Positions 13,319 through 27,742 of a stretch of 64,000 nucleotides of DNA are shown piece by piece (within the stretch, counting starts at the first letter, position 1; each line of letters starts with the position of its first letter). A model generated the notes under the pieces. The model was not told where the DNA came from. It was given only the letters and a program-made list of their open reading frames with translations, and made no database searches. The translations under genes and the position numbers were made by a program. This stretch comes from Bispira polyomma. Taxonomy: Eukaryota. The stretch spans positions 5,332,001-5,396,000 of the forward strand of contig OZ287751.1 of NCBI GenBank assembly GCA_965649765.1, read 5' to 3'.

Positions 13319-14072
13319 TTAATACTTTTAATCTGACGAAACATTGCACATGTCATTGAACATTGTCTCATTAGAAATAATCAATTAACATTTCACAACA
13401 TGACATGTTGTATTAGTATTCATGTGTTGGCTTTCAATGGCTACCTAAAATTAAATATAAGGCACACAAACTTTTGTTTTGCTTCTGACACTATTTCTGC
13501 TGAATATGTGTGTTTCAAAGACAATCTATTGTTGATGTTTACTAGTTGAACCTGATTGCTGATAGAAGGAAAGTGTTGCCGAATCTTCAAGTAATGGACT
13601 GATTAAAAAATTTTCAGCAGCAATACTTCTACTTGTTTTCTCATTTTACCTCTTGAACCATGGCAAAAGTGGATAGCTGCATGAATTTTATACATGTGTG
13701 GTGAGGTGAATTTTGATTTGAATCTTGTTAACTATTAAATATAACAGATAGTCAACATTACAAATGTTGAATACTTTGTTTGAATCTTGCATTTAAGATT
13801 CTTTAGTTCTAAAACACCTTTGGTAAATCATGTACAGTAAGGAATCTGATCTTTGCTAATCATCTGTAATGTGTTGCGTCTAAAGTCAGTCTTAAAAATG
13901 CAGACAACATTCATTTAAAGACTGTTCATGAATTTTGTTATGACAAAACCTGCACATTGTCCGACAGAAAGTGTGTATATATTATTGTAGCTTGATATGC
14001 GATTCATTTCTCTCAATTCTAGAACAAACAAAAGGAATTGAAATATAGTGTGTATAACATTAACTACCCATC

Positions 14073-14145
14073 AACCACCGGCAGGACTCCAACCCGCAAT
14101 CCGCGGCTTAGGAGGCCGATGCCTTATCCATTGGGCCACGGTGGC
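14073..14145 (-). pseudogene. tRNA-Arg(CCT), C56G
   Basis: T loop TTGGAGT. Confidence 0.8.
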
Positions 14146-15184
14146 TTTTCAGTCTGCAGATTCTGAAAAAATTTTTAGAATTTAATGCTCTCTAACATAT
14201 GGGAGCCTATGTCAATGACTGGAAGACAAGATCTGCTATGGAGTTCTATAAATTGCTCAGTATGGCAGTAATATTATTCTGTTGCCTCTTTCTTCATCTT
14301 TTGCATATCAAACATATTATAAAAATTACTTTACTAATTTTGCAGGAAAAAGGCCTAACAATACGTTTGATGTAATGTTACATTTTGTAGGTTTACAAAA
14401 GTGTTTACGTGTTCCTCAAGCAGGTGTTGTGGTGTAGTGGTTATCACATCTGCTTAACACGCAGAAGGTCATGAGTTCGATCATCATCAGGACATCAACA
14501 TTTAACCAAGGGCATTGCTTAGTAACAAGCAATTACTTTTTGTACACAAAAGAGATTGTTACAAAGGTGTTTGTTCTGATAATTAGAAATAATATTTTAA
14601 TAGATTTCAATTCTCCCTCTTTAAAACAGAACTGATAATCATGAGTCTGATTTTTTTGCTGTTGTATTTTGTAAAGGGTCTTGTGGTGTAGTGGTTATCA
14701 CATCTGCTTAACACGCAGAAGGTCATGAGTTCAATCCTCATCAGGACCTCAACATTTAACCAAGGGCATTGCTTAGTAACAAGCAATTACTTTTTGTACA
14801 CAAAAGAGATTGTTACAAAGGTGTTTGTTCTGATAATTAGAAATAATATTTTAATAGATTTCAATTCTCCCTCTTTAAAACAGAACTGATAATCATGAGT
14901 CTGATTTTTTTGCTGTTGTATTTTGTAAATGGTCTTGTGGTGTAGTGGTTATCACATCTGCTTAACACGCAGAAGGTCATGAGTTAGATCCTCATCAGGA
15001 CCTCAACATTTAACCAAGGGCATTGCTTAGTAACAAGCAATTACTTTTTGTACACAAAAGAGATTGTTACAAAGGTGTTTGTTCTGATAATTAGAAATAA
15101 TATTTTAATAGATTTCAATTCTCCCTCTTTAAAACAGAACTGATAATCATGAGTCTAATTTTTTTGCTGTTGTATTTTGTAAAG

Positions 15185-15257
15185 GGTCTTGTGGTGTAGT
15201 GGTTATCACATCTGCTTTACACGCAGAAGGTCATGAGTTCGATCCTCATCAAGACCT
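15185..15257 (+). tRNA. trnV: tRNA-Val(TAC), intact
   Basis: Full cloverleaf, TTTT about 8 nt downstream. Confidence 0.9.
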
Positions 15258-16011
15258 TTAATACTTTTAATCTGACGAAACATTGCACATGTCATTGAAC
15301 ATTGTCTCATTAGAAATAATCAATTAACATTTCACAACATGACATGTTGTATTAGTATTCATGTGTTGGCTTTCAATGGCTACCTAAAATTAAATATAAG
15401 GCACACAAACTTTTGTTTTGCTTCTGACACTATTTCTGCTGAATATGTGTGTTTCAAAGACAATCTATTGTTGATGTTTACTAGTTGAACCTGAATGCTG
15501 ATAGAAGGAAAGTGTTGCCGAATCTTCAAGTAATGGACTGATTAAAAAATTTTCAGCAGCAATACTTCTACTTGTTTTCTCATTTTACCTCTTGAACCAT
15601 GGCAAAAGTGGATAGCTGCATGAATTTTATACATGTGTGGTGAGGTGAATTTTGATTTGAATCTTGTTAACTATTAAATATAACAGATAGTCAACATTAC
15701 AAATGTTGAATACTTTGTTTGAATCTTGCATTTAAGATTCTTTAGTTCTAAAACACCTTTGGTAAATCATGTACAGTAAGGAATCTGATCTTTGCTAATC
15801 ATCTGTAATGTGTTGCGTCTAAAGTCAGTCTTAAAAATGCAGACAACATTCATTTAAAGACTGTTCATGAATTTTGTTATGACAAAACCTGCACATTGTC
15901 CGACAGAAAGTGTGTATATATTATTGTAGCTTGATATGCGATTCATTTCTCTCAATTCTAGAACAAACAAAAGGAATTGAAATATAGTGTGTATAACATT
16001 AACTATCCTTC

Positions 16012-16084
16012 AACCACCGGCGGGACTCGAACCCGCAATCCCCGGCTTAGGAGGCCGATGCCTTATCCATTGGGCCACGGTGGC
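16012..16084 (-). tRNA. trnR: tRNA-Arg(CCT), canonical
   Basis: Identical to 875..947. Confidence 0.95.
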
Positions 16085-16869
16085 TTTTCAGTCTTTAGGT
16101 TCTGAATAAATTTTTAGAATTTAATGCTCTCTAACATATGGGAGCCTATGTCAATGACTGGAAGACAAGATCTGCTATGGAGTTCTATAAATTGCTCAGT
16201 ATGGCAGTAATATTATTCTGTTGACTCTTTCTGCATCTTTTGCATATCAAACATATTATAAAAATTACTTTACTAATTTTGCAGGAAAAAGGCCTAACAA
16301 TACGTTTGATGTAATGTTACATTTTGTAGGTTTACAAAAGTGTTTACGTGTTCCTCAAGCAGGTCTTGTGGTGTAGTGGTTATCACATCTGCTTAACCCG
16401 CAGAAGGTCATGAGTTCGATCCTCATCAAGACCTCAACATTTAACCAAGGGCATTGCTTAGTAACAAGCAATTACTTTTTGTACACAAAAGAGATTGTTA
16501 CAAAGGTGTTTGTTCTGATAATTAGAAATAATATTTTAATAGATTTCAATTCTCCCTCTTTAAAACAGAACTGATAATCATGAGTCTGATTTTTTTGCTG
16601 TTGTATTTAGTAAAGGGTCTTGTGGTGTAGTGGTTATCACATCCGCTTTACAAGCAGAAGGTCATGAGTTCGATCCTCATCAGGACCTCAACATTTAACC
16701 AAGGGCATTGCTTAGTAACAAGCAATTAATTTTTGTACACAAAAGAGATTGTTACAAAGGTGTTTGTTCTGATAATTAGAAATAATATTTTAATAGATTT
16801 CAATTCTCCCTCTTTAAAACAGAACTGATAATCATGAGTCTGATTTTTTTGCTGTTGTATTTTGTAAAG

Positions 16870-16942
16870 GGTCTTGTGGTGTAGTGGTTATCACATCTGC
16901 TTAACACGCAGAAGGTCATGAGTTCGATCCTCATCAGGACCT
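16870..16942 (+). tRNA. trnV: tRNA-Val(AAC), intact
   Basis: Full cloverleaf. Confidence 0.88.
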
Positions 16943-17123
16943 CAACATTTAACCAAGGGCATTGCTTAGTAACAAGCAATTACTTTTTGTACACAAAAGA
17001 GATTGTTACAAAGGTGTTTGTTCTGATAATTAGAAATAATATTTTAATAGATTTCAATTCTCCCGCTTTAAAACAGAACTGATAATCATGAGTCTAATTT
17101 TTTTGCTGTTGTATTTTGTAAAG

Positions 17124-17196
17124 GGTCTTGTGGTGTAGTGGTTATCACATCTGCTTTACACGCAGAAGGTCATGAGTTCGATCCTCATCAAGACCT
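17124..17196 (+). tRNA. trnV: tRNA-Val(TAC), intact
   Basis: Full cloverleaf. Confidence 0.9.
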
Positions 17197-17950
17197 TTAA
17201 TACTTTTAATCTGACGAAACATTGCACATGTCATTGAACATTGTCTCATTAGAAATAATCAATTAACATTTCACAACATGTCATGTTGTATTAGTATTCA
17301 TGTGTTGGCTTTCAATGGCTACCTAAAATTAAATATAAGGCACACAAACTTTTGTTTTGCTTCTGACACTATTTCTGCTGAATATGTGTGTTTCAAAGAC
17401 AATCTATTGTTGATGTTTACTAGTTGAACCTGATTGCTGATAGAAGGAAAGTGTTGCCGAATCTTCAAGTAATGGACTGATTAAAAAATTTTCAGCAGCA
17501 ATACTTCTACTTGTTTTCTCATTTTACCTCTTGAACCATGGCAAAAGTGGATAGCTGCATGAATTTTATACATGTGTGGTGAGGTGAATTTTGATTTGAA
17601 TCTTGTTAACTATTAAATATAACAGATAGTCAACATTACAAATGTTGAATACTTTGTTTGAATCTTGCATTTAAGATTCTTTAGTTCTAAAACACCTTTG
17701 GTAAATCATGTACAGTAAGGAATCTGAACTTTACTAATCATCTGTAATGTGTTGCGTCTAAAGTCAGTCTTAAAAATGCAGACAACATTCATTTGAAGAC
17801 TGTTCATGAATTTTGTTATGACAAAACCTGCACATTGTCCGACAGAAAGTGTGTATATATTATTGTAGCTTGATATGCGATTCATTTCTCTCAATTCTAG
17901 AACAAACAAAAGGAATTGAAATATAGTGTGTATAACATTAACTATCGTTC

Positions 17951-18023
17951 AACCACCGGTGGGACTCCAACCCCCAATCCCCGGCTTAGGAGGCCGATGC
18001 CTTATCCATTGGCCCACGGTGGC
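17951..18023 (-). pseudogene. tRNA-Arg(CCT), C56G plus T-stem and D-arm changes
   Basis: GGGGG TTGGAGT CCCAC. Confidence 0.8.
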
Positions 18024-18554
18024 CTTTCAGTCTTTAGGTTCTGAATAAATTTTTAGAATTTAATGCTCTCTAACATATGGGAGCCTATGTCAATGACTGG
18101 AAGACAAGATCTGCTATGGAGTTCTATAAATTGCTCAGTATGGCAGTAATATTATTCTGTTGCCTCTTTCTTCATCTTTTGCATATCAAACATATTATAA
18201 AAATTACTTTACTAATTTTGCAGGAAAAAGGCCTAACAATACGTTTGATGTAATGTTACATTTTGTAGGTTTACAAAAGTGTTTACGTGTTCCTCAAGCA
18301 GGTGTTGTGGTGTAGTGGTTATCACATCTGCTTAACACGCAGAAGGTCATGAGTTCAATCATCATCAGGACATCAACATTTAACCAAGGGCATTGCTTAG
18401 TAACAAGCAATTACTTTTTGTACACAAAAGAGATTGTTACAAAGGTGTTTGTTCTGATAATTAGAAATAATATTTTAATAGATTTCAATTCTCCCTCTTT
18501 AAAACAGAACTGATAATCATGAGTCTGATTTTTTTGCTGTTGTATTTAGTAAAG

Positions 18555-18627
18555 GGTCTTGTGGTGTAGTGGTTATCACATCTGCTTTACACGCAGAAGG
18601 TCATGAGTTCGATCCTCATCAAGACCT
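18555..18627 (+). tRNA. trnV: tRNA-Val(TAC), intact
   Basis: Full cloverleaf. Confidence 0.9.
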
Positions 18628-19381
18628 TTAATACTTCTAATCTGACGAAACATTGCACATGTCATTGAACATTGTCTCATTAGAAATAATCAATTAACAT
18701 TTCACAACATGACATGTTGTATTAGTATTCATGTGTTGGCTTTCAATGGCTACCTAAAATTAAATATAAGGCACACAAACTTTTGTTTTGCTTCTGACAC
18801 TATTTCTGCTGAATATGTGTGTTTCAAAGACAATCTATTGTTGATGTTTACTAGTTGAACCTGAATGCTGATAGAAGGAAAGTGTTGCCGAATCTTCAAG
18901 TAATGGACTGATTAAAAAATTTTCAGCAGCAATACTTCTACTTGTTTTCTCATTTTACCTCTTGAACCATGGCAAAAGTGGATAGCTGCATGAATTTTAT
19001 ACATGTGTGGTGAGGTGAATTTTGATTTGAATCTTGTTAACTATTAAATATAACAGATAGTCAACATTACAAATGTTGAATACTTTGTTTGAATCTTGCA
19101 TTTAAGATTCTTTAGTTCTAAAACACCTTTGGTAAATCATGTACAGTAAGGAATCTGATCTTTGCTAATCATCTGTAATGTGTTGCGTCTAAAGTCAGTC
19201 TTAAAAATGCAGACAACATTCATTTAAAGACTGTTCATGAATTTTGTTATGACAAAACCTGCACATTGTCCGACAGAAAGTGTGTATATATTATTGTAGC
19301 TTGATATGCGATTCATTTCTCTCAATTCTAGAACAAACAAAAGGAATTGAAATATAGTGTGTATAACATTAACTACCCATC

Positions 19382-19454
19382 AACCACCGGCAGGACTCCA
19401 ACCCGCAATCCCCGGCTTAGGAGGCCGATGCCTTATCCATTGGGCCACGGTGGC
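19382..19454 (-). pseudogene. tRNA-Arg(CCT), C56G
   Basis: T loop TTGGAGT. Confidence 0.8.
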
Positions 19455-19985
19455 TTTTCAGTCTGTAGATTCTGAAAAAATTTTTAGAATTTAATGCTCT
19501 CTAACATATGGGAGCCTATGTCAATGACTGGAAGACAAGATCTGCTATGGAGTTCTATAAATTGCTCAGTATGGCAGTAATATTATTCTGTTGCCTCTTT
19601 CTTCATCTTTTGCATATCAAACATATTATAAAAATTACTTTACTAATTTTGCAGGAAAAAGGCCAAACAATACGTTTGATGTAATGTTACATTTTGTAGG
19701 TTTACAAAAGTGTTTACGTGTTCCTCAAGCAGGTGTTGTGGTGTAGTGGTTATCACATCTGCTTAACACGCAGAGGGTCATGAGTTCGATCATCATCAGG
19801 ACATCAACATTTAACCAAGGGCATTGCTTAGTAACAAGCAATTACTTTTTGTACACAAAAGAGATTGTTACAAAGGTGTTTGTTCTGATAATTAGAAATA
19901 ATATTTTAATAGATTTCAATTCTCCCTCTTTAAAACAGAACTGATAATCATGAGTCTGATTTTTTTGCTGTTGTATTTAGTAAAG

Positions 19986-20058
19986 GGTCTTGTGGTGTAG
20001 TGGTTATCACATCTGCTTAACACGCAGAAGGTCATGAGTTCGATCCTCATCAGGACCT
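19986..20058 (+). tRNA. trnV: tRNA-Val(AAC), intact
   Basis: Full cloverleaf. Confidence 0.88.
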
Positions 20059-21066
20059 CAACATTTAACCAAGGGCATTGCTTAGTAACAAGCAATTTCT
20101 TTTTGTACACAAAAGAGATTGTTACAAAGGTGTTTGTTCTAATAATTAGAAATAATATTTTAATAGATTTCAATTCTCTCCCTTTAAAACAGAACTGATA
20201 ATCATGAGTCTGATTTTTTTGCTGTTGTATTTTGTAAATGGTCTTGTGGTGTAGTGGTTATCACATCTGCTTTACACGCAGAAGGTCATGAGTTCGATCC
20301 TCATCAAGATCTTTAATACTTTTAATCTGACGAAACATTGCACATGTCATTGAACATTGTCTCATTAGAAATAATCAATTAACATTTCACAACATGACAT
20401 GTTGTATTAGTATTCATGTGTTGGCTTTCAATGGCTACCTAAAATTAAATATAAGGCACACAAACTTTTGTTTTGCTTCTGACACTATTTCTGCTGAATA
20501 TGTGTGTTTCAAAGACAATCTATTGTTGATGTTTACTAGTTGAACCTGAATGCTGATAGAAGGAAAGTGTTGCCGAATCTTCAAGTAATGGACTGATTAA
20601 AAAATTTTCAGCAGCAATACTTCTACTTGTTTTCTCATTTTACCTCTTGAACCATGGCAAAAGTGGATAGCTGCATGAATTTTATACATGTGTGGTGAGG
20701 TGAATTTTGATTTGAATCTTGTTAACTATTAAATATAACAGATAGTCAACATTACAAATGTTGAATACTTTGTTTGAATCTTGCATTTAAGATTCTTTAG
20801 TTCTAAAACACCTTTGGTAAATCATGTACAGTAAGGAATCTGATCTTTGCTAATCATCTGTAATGTGTTGCGTCTAAAGTCAGTCTTAAAAATGCAGACA
20901 ACATTCATTTAAAGACTGTTCATGAATTTTGTTATGACAAAACCTGCACATTGTCCGACAGAAAGTGTGTATATATTATTGTAGCTTGATATGCGATTCA
21001 TTTCTCTCAATTCTAGAACAAACAAAAGGAATTGAAATATAGTGTGTATAACATTAACTACCCATC

Positions 21067-21139
21067 AACCACCGGCAGGACTCCAACCCGCAATCCCCGG
21101 CTTAGGAGGCCGATGCCTTATCCATTGGGCCACGGTGGC
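21067..21139 (-). pseudogene. tRNA-Arg(CCT), C56G
   Basis: T loop TTGGAGT. Confidence 0.8.
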
Positions 21140-22178
21140 TTTTCAGTCTGCAGATTCTGAAAAAATTTTTAGAATTTAATGCTCTCTAACATATGGGAGC
21201 CTATGTCAATGACTGGAAGACAAGATCTGCTATGGAGTTCTATAAATTGCTCAGTATGGCAGTAATATTATTCTGTTGCCTCTTTCTTCATCTTTTGCAT
21301 ATCAAACATATTATAAAAATTACTTTACTAATTTTGCAGGAAAAAGGCCTAACAATACGTTTGATGTAATGTTACATTTTGTAGGTTTACAAAAGTGTTT
21401 ACGTGTTCCTCAAGCAGGTCTTGTGGTGTAGTGGTTATCACATCTGCTTAACCCGCAGAAGGTCATGAGTTCGATCCTCATCAAGACATCAACATTTAAC
21501 CAAGGGCATTGCTTAGTAACAAGCAATTACTTTTTGTACACAAAAGAGATTGTTACAAAGGTGTTTGTTCTGATAATTAGAAATAATATTTTAATAGATT
21601 TCAATTCTCCCTCTTTAAAACAGAACTGATAATCATGAGTCTGATTTTTTTGCTGTTGTATTTTATAAAGGGTCTTGTGGTATAGTGGTTATCACATCTG
21701 CTTAACACGCAGAAGGTCATGAGTTCGATCCTCATCAGGACCTCAACATTTAACCAAGGGCATTGCTTAGTAACAAGCAATTTCTTTTTGTACACAAAAG
21801 AGATTGTTACAAAGGTGTTTGTTCTAATAATTAGAAATAATATTTTAATAGATTTCAATTCTCTCCCTTTAAAACAGAACTGATAATCATGAGTCTGATT
21901 TTTTTGCTGTTGTATTTTGTAAATGGTCTTGTGGTGTAGTGGTTATCACATCTGCTTAACACGCAGAAGGTCATGAGTTAGATCCTCATCAGGACCTCAA
22001 CATTTAACCAAGGGCATTGCTTAGTAACAAGCAATTACTTTTTGTACACAAAAGAGATTGTTACAAAGGTGTTTGTTCTGATAATTAGAAATAATATTTT
22101 AATAGATTTCAATTCTCCCTCTTTAAAACAGAACTGATAATCATGAGTCTAATTTTTTTGCTGTTGTATTTTGTAAAG

Positions 22179-22251
22179 GGTCTTGTGGTGTAGTGGTTAT
22201 CACATCTGCTTTACACGCAGAAGGTCATGAGTTCGATCCTCATCAAGACCT
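22179..22251 (+). tRNA. trnV: tRNA-Val(TAC), intact
   Basis: Full cloverleaf. Confidence 0.9.
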
Positions 22252-23005
22252 TTAATACTTTTAATCTGACGAAACATTGCACATGTCATTGAACATTGTC
22301 TCATTAGAAATAATCAATTAACATTTCACAACATGACATGTTGTATTAGTATTCATGTGTTGGCTTTCAATGGCTACCTAAAATTAAATATAAGGCACAC
22401 AAACTTTTGTTTTGCTTCTGACACTATTTCTGCTGAATATGTGTGTTTCAAAGACAATCTATTGTTGATGTTTACTAGTTGAACCTGATTCCTGATAGAA
22501 GGAAAGTGTTGCCGAATCTTCAAGTAATGGACTGATTAAAAAATTTTCAGCAGCAATACTTCTACTTGTTTTCTCATTTTACCTCTTGAACCATGGCAAA
22601 AGTGGATAGCTGCATGAATTTTATACATGTGTGGTGAGGTGAATTTTGATTTGAATCTTGTTAACTATTAAATATAACAGATAGTCAACATTACAAATGT
22701 TGAATACTTTGTTTGAATCTTGCATTTAAGATTCTTTAGTTCTAAAACACCTTTGGTAAATCATGTACAGTAAGGAATCTGATCTTTGCTAATCATCTGT
22801 AATGTGTTGCGTCTAAAGTCAGTCTTAAAAATGCAGACAACATTCATTTAAAGACTGTTCATGAATTTTGTTATGACAAAACCTGCACATTGTCCGACAG
22901 AAAGTGTGTATATATTATTGTAGCTTGATATGCGATTCATTTCTCTCAATTCTAGAACAAACAAAAGGAATTGAAATATAGTGTGTATAACATTAACTAC
23001 CCATC

Positions 23006-23078
23006 AACCACCGGCAGGACTCCAACCCGCAATCCCCGGCTTAGGAGGCCGATGCCTTATCCATTGGGCCACGGTGGC
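23006..23078 (-). pseudogene. tRNA-Arg(CCT), C56G
   Basis: T loop TTGGAGT. Confidence 0.8.
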
Positions 23079-23863
23079 TTTTCAGTCTGCAGATTCTGAA
23101 AATTTTTTTAGAATTTAATGCTCTCTAACATATGGGAGCCTATGTCAATGACTGGAAGACAAGATCTGCTATGGAGTTCTATAAATTGCTCAGTATGGCA
23201 GTAATATTATTCTGTTGCCTCTTTCTTCATCTTTTGCATATCAAACATATTATAAAAATTACTTTACTAATTTTGCAGGAAAAAGGCCTAACAATACGTT
23301 TGATGTAATGTTACATTTTGTAGGTTTACAAAAGTGTTTACGTGTTCCTCAAGCAGGTGTTGTGGTGTAGTGGTTATCACATCTGCTTAACACGCAGAAG
23401 GTCATGAGTTCGATCATCATCAGGACATCAACATTTAACCAAGGGCATTGCTTAGTAACAAGCAATTACTTTTTGTACACAAAAGAGATTGTTACAAAGG
23501 TGTTTGTTCTGATAATTAGAAATAATATTTTAATAGATTTCAATTCTCCCTCTTTAAAACAGAACTGATAATCATGAGTCTGATTTTTTTGCTGTTGTAT
23601 TTAGTGAAGGGTCTTGTGGTGTAGTGGTTATCACATCCGCTTTACAAGCAGAAGGTCATGAGTTCGATCCTCATCAGGACCTCAACATTTAACCAAGGGC
23701 ATTGCTTAGTAACAAGCAATTTCTTTTTGTACACAAAAGAGATTGTTACAAAGGTGTTTGTTCTAATAATTAGAAATAATATTTTAATAGATTTCAATTC
23801 TCTCCCTTTAAAACAGAACTGATAATCATGAGTCTGATTTTTTTGCTGTTGTATTTTGTAAAT

Positions 23864-23936
23864 GGTCTTGTGGTGTAGTGGTTATCACATCTGCTTTACA
23901 CGCAGAAGGTCATGAGTTCGATCCTCATCAAGACCT
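23864..23936 (+). tRNA. trnV: tRNA-Val(TAC), intact
   Basis: Full cloverleaf. Confidence 0.9.
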
Positions 23937-24690
23937 TTAATACTTTTAATCTGACGAAACATTGCACATGTCATTGAACATTGTCTCATTAGAAATAATC
24001 AATTAACATTTCACAACATGACATGTTGTATTAGTATTCATGTGTTGGCTTTCAATGGCTACCTAAAATTAAATATAAGGCACACAAACTTTTGTTTTGC
24101 TTCTGACACTATTTCTGCTGAATATGTGTGTTTCAAAGACAATCTATTGTTGATGTTTACTAGTTGAACCTGATTGCTGATAGAAGGAAAGTGTTGCCGA
24201 ATCTTCAAGTAATGGACTGATTAAAAAATTTTCAGCAGCAATACTTCTACTTGTTTTCTCATTTTACCTCTTGAACCATGGCAAAAGTGGATAGCTGCAT
24301 GAATTTTATACATGTGTGGTGAGGTGAATTTTGATTTGAATCTTGTTAACTATTAAATATAACAGATAGTCAACATTACAAATGTTGAATACTTTGTTTG
24401 AATCTTGCATTTAAGATTCTTTAGTTCTAAAACACCTTTGGTAAATCATGTACAGTAAGGAATCTGATCTTTGCTAATCATCTGTAATGTGTTGCGTCTA
24501 AAGTCAGTCTTAAAAATGCAGACAACATTCATTTAAAGACTGTTCATGAATTTTGTTATGACAAAACCTGCACATTGTCCGACAGAAAGTGTGTATATAT
24601 TATTGTAGCTTGATATGCGATTCATTTCTCTCAATTCTAGAACAAACAAAAGGAATTGAAATATAGTGTGTATAACATTAACCACCCATC

Positions 24691-24763
24691 AACCACCGGC
24701 AGGACTCGAACCCACAATCCCCGGCTTAGGAGGCCGATGCCTTATCCATTGGGCCACGGTGGC
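24691..24763 (-). tRNA. trnR: tRNA-Arg(CCT), B box intact, two G-U pairs in T stem
   Basis: GTGGG TTCGAGT CCTGC. Confidence 0.8.
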
Positions 24764-25549
24764 TTTTCAGTCTGCAGATTCTGAAAAAATTTTTTAGAAT
24801 TTAATGCTCTCTAACATATGGGAGCCTATGTCAATGACTGGAAGACAAGATCTGCTATGGAGTTCTATAAATTGCTCAGTATGGCAGTAATATTATTCTG
24901 TTGCCTCTTTCTTCATCTTTTGCATATCAAACATATTATAAAAATTACTTTACTAATTTTGCAGGAAAAAGGCCAAACAATACGTTTGATGTAATGTTAC
25001 ATTTTGTAGGTTTACAAAAGTGTTTACGTGTTCCTCAAGCAGGTGTTGTGGTGTAGTGGTTATCACATCTGCTTAACACGCAGAAGGTCATGAGTTCGAT
25101 CATCATCAGGACATCAACATTTAACCAAGGGCATTGCTTAGTAACAAGCAATTACTTTTTGTACACAAAAGAGATTGTTACAAAGGTGTTTGTTCTGATA
25201 ATTAGAAATAATATTTTAATAGATTTCAATTCTCCCTCTTTAAAACAGAACTGATAATCATGAGTCTGATTTTTTTGCTGTTGTATTTTGTAAAGGGTCT
25301 TGTGGTGTAGTGGTTATCACATCTGCTTAACACGCAGAAGGTCATGAGTTCAATCCTCATCAGGACCTCAACATTTAACCAAGGGCATTGCTTAGTAACA
25401 AGCAATTACTTTTTGTACACAAAAGAGATTGTTACAAAGGTGTTTGTTCTGATAATTAGAAATAATATTTTAATAGATTTCAATTCTCCCTCTTTAAAAC
25501 AGAACTGATAATCATGAGTCTGATTTTTTTGCTGTTGTATTTTGTAAAG

Positions 25550-25622
25550 GGTCTTGTGGTGTAGTGGTTATCACATCTGCTTTACACGCAGAAGGTCATG
25601 AGTTCGATCCTCATCAAGACCT
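25550..25622 (+). tRNA. trnV: tRNA-Val(TAC), intact
   Basis: Full cloverleaf. Confidence 0.9.
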
Positions 25623-26376
25623 TTAATACTTTTAATCTGACGAAACATTGCACATGTCATTGAACATTGTCTCATTAGAAATAATCAATTAACATTTCAC
25701 AACATGACATGTTGTATTAGTATTCATGTGTTGGCTTTCAATGGCTACCTAAAATTAAATATAAGGCACACAAACTTTTGTTTTGCTTCTGACACTATTT
25801 CTGCTGAATATGTGTGTTTCAAAGACAATCTATTGTTGATGTTTACTAGTTGAACCTGAATGCTGATAGAAGGAAAGTGTTGCCGAATCTTCAAGTAATG
25901 GACTGATAAAAAAATTTTCAGCAGCAATACTTCTACTTGTTTTCTCATTTTACCTCTTGAACCATGGCAAAAGTGGATAGCTGCATGAATTTTATACATG
26001 TGTGGTGAGGTGAATTTTGATTTGAATCTTGTTAACTATTAAATATAACAGATAGTCAACATTACAAATGTTGAATACTTTGTTTGAATCTTGCATTTAA
26101 GATTCTTTAGTTCTAAAACACCTTTGGTAAATCATGTACAGTAAGGAATCTGATCTTTGCTAATCATCTGTAATGTGTTGCGTCTAAAGTCAGTCTTAAA
26201 AATGCAGACAACATTCATTTAAAGACTGTTCATGAATTTTGTTATGACAAAACCTGCACATTGTCCGACAGAAAGTGTGTATATATTATTGTAGCTTGAT
26301 ATGCGATTCATTTCTCTCAATTCTAGAACAAACAAAAGGAATTGAAATATAGTGTGTATAACATTAACTATCCTTC

Positions 26377-26449
26377 AACCACCGGCGGGACTCAAACCCG
26401 CAATCCCCGGCTTAGGAGGCCGATGCCTTATCCATTGGGCCACAGTGGC
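26377..26449 (-). pseudogene. tRNA-Arg(CCT), C56T
   Basis: T loop TTTGAGT. Confidence 0.75.
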
Positions 26450-26980
26450 TTTTCAGTCTTTAGGTTCTGAATAAATTTTTAGAATTTAATGCTCTCTAAC
26501 ATATGGGAGCCTATGTCAATGACTGGAAGACAAGATCTGCTATGGAGTTCTATAAATTGCTCAGTATGGCAGTAATATTATTCTGTTGACTCTTTCTGCA
26601 TCTTTTGCATATCAAACATATTATAAAAATGACTTTACTAATTTTGCAGGAAAAAGGCCTAACAATACGTTTGATGTAATGTTACATTTTGTAGGTTTAC
26701 AAAAGTGTTTACGTGTTCCTCAAGCAGGTGTTGTGGTGTAGTGGTTATCACATCTGCTTAACCCGCAGAAGGTCATGAGTTCGATCCTCATCAAGACCTC
26801 AACATTTAACCAAGGGCATTGCTTAGTAACAAGCAATTACTTTTTGTACACAAAAGAGATTGTTACAAAGGTGTTTGTTCTGATAATTAGAAATAATATT
26901 TTAATAGATTTCAATTCTCCCTCTTTAAAACAGAACTGATAATCATGAGTCTGATTTTTTTGCTGTTGTATTTTGTAAAG

Positions 26981-27053
26981 GGTCTTGTGGTGTAGTGGTT
27001 ATCACATCTGCTTAACACGCAGAAGGTCATGAGTTCGATCCTCATCAGGACCT
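26981..27053 (+). tRNA. trnV: tRNA-Val(AAC), intact
   Basis: Full cloverleaf. Confidence 0.88.
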
Positions 27054-27488
27054 CAACATTTAACCAAGGGCATTGCTTAGTAACAAGCAATTACTTTTTG
27101 TACACAAAAGAGATTGTTACAAAGGTGTTTGTTCTAATAATTAGAAATAATATTTTAATAGATTTCAATTCTCCCCCTTTAAAACAGAACTGATAATCAT
27201 GAGTCTGATTTTTTTGCCATTGTATTTTGTAAAGGGTCTTGTGGTGTAGTGGTTATCACATCTGCTTAACCTGCAGAAGGTCATGAGTTCGATCCTCATC
27301 AGGACCTCAACATTTAACCAAGGGCATTGCTTAGTAACAAGCAATTAATTTTTGTACACAAAAGAGATTGTTACAAAGGTGTTTGTTCTGATAATTAGAA
27401 ATAATATTTTAATAGATTTCAATTCTCCCTCTTTAAAACAGAACTGATAATCATGAGTCTGATTTTTTTGCTGTTGTATTTTGTAAAG

Positions 27489-27561
27489 GGTCTTGTGGTG
27501 TAGTGGTTATCACATCTGCTTAACACGCAGAAGGTCATGAGTTCGATCCTCATCAGGACCT
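27489..27561 (+). tRNA. trnV: tRNA-Val(AAC), intact
   Basis: Full cloverleaf. Confidence 0.88.
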
Positions 27562-27742
27562 CAACATTTAACCAAGGGCATTGCTTAGTAACAAGCAATT
27601 ACTTTTTGTACACAAAAGAGATTGTTACAAAGGTGTTTGTTCTGATAATTAGAAATAATATTTTAATAGATTTCAATTCTCCCTCTTTAAAACAGAACTG
27701 ATAATCATGAGTCTGATTTTTTTGCTGTTGTATTTTGTAAAG

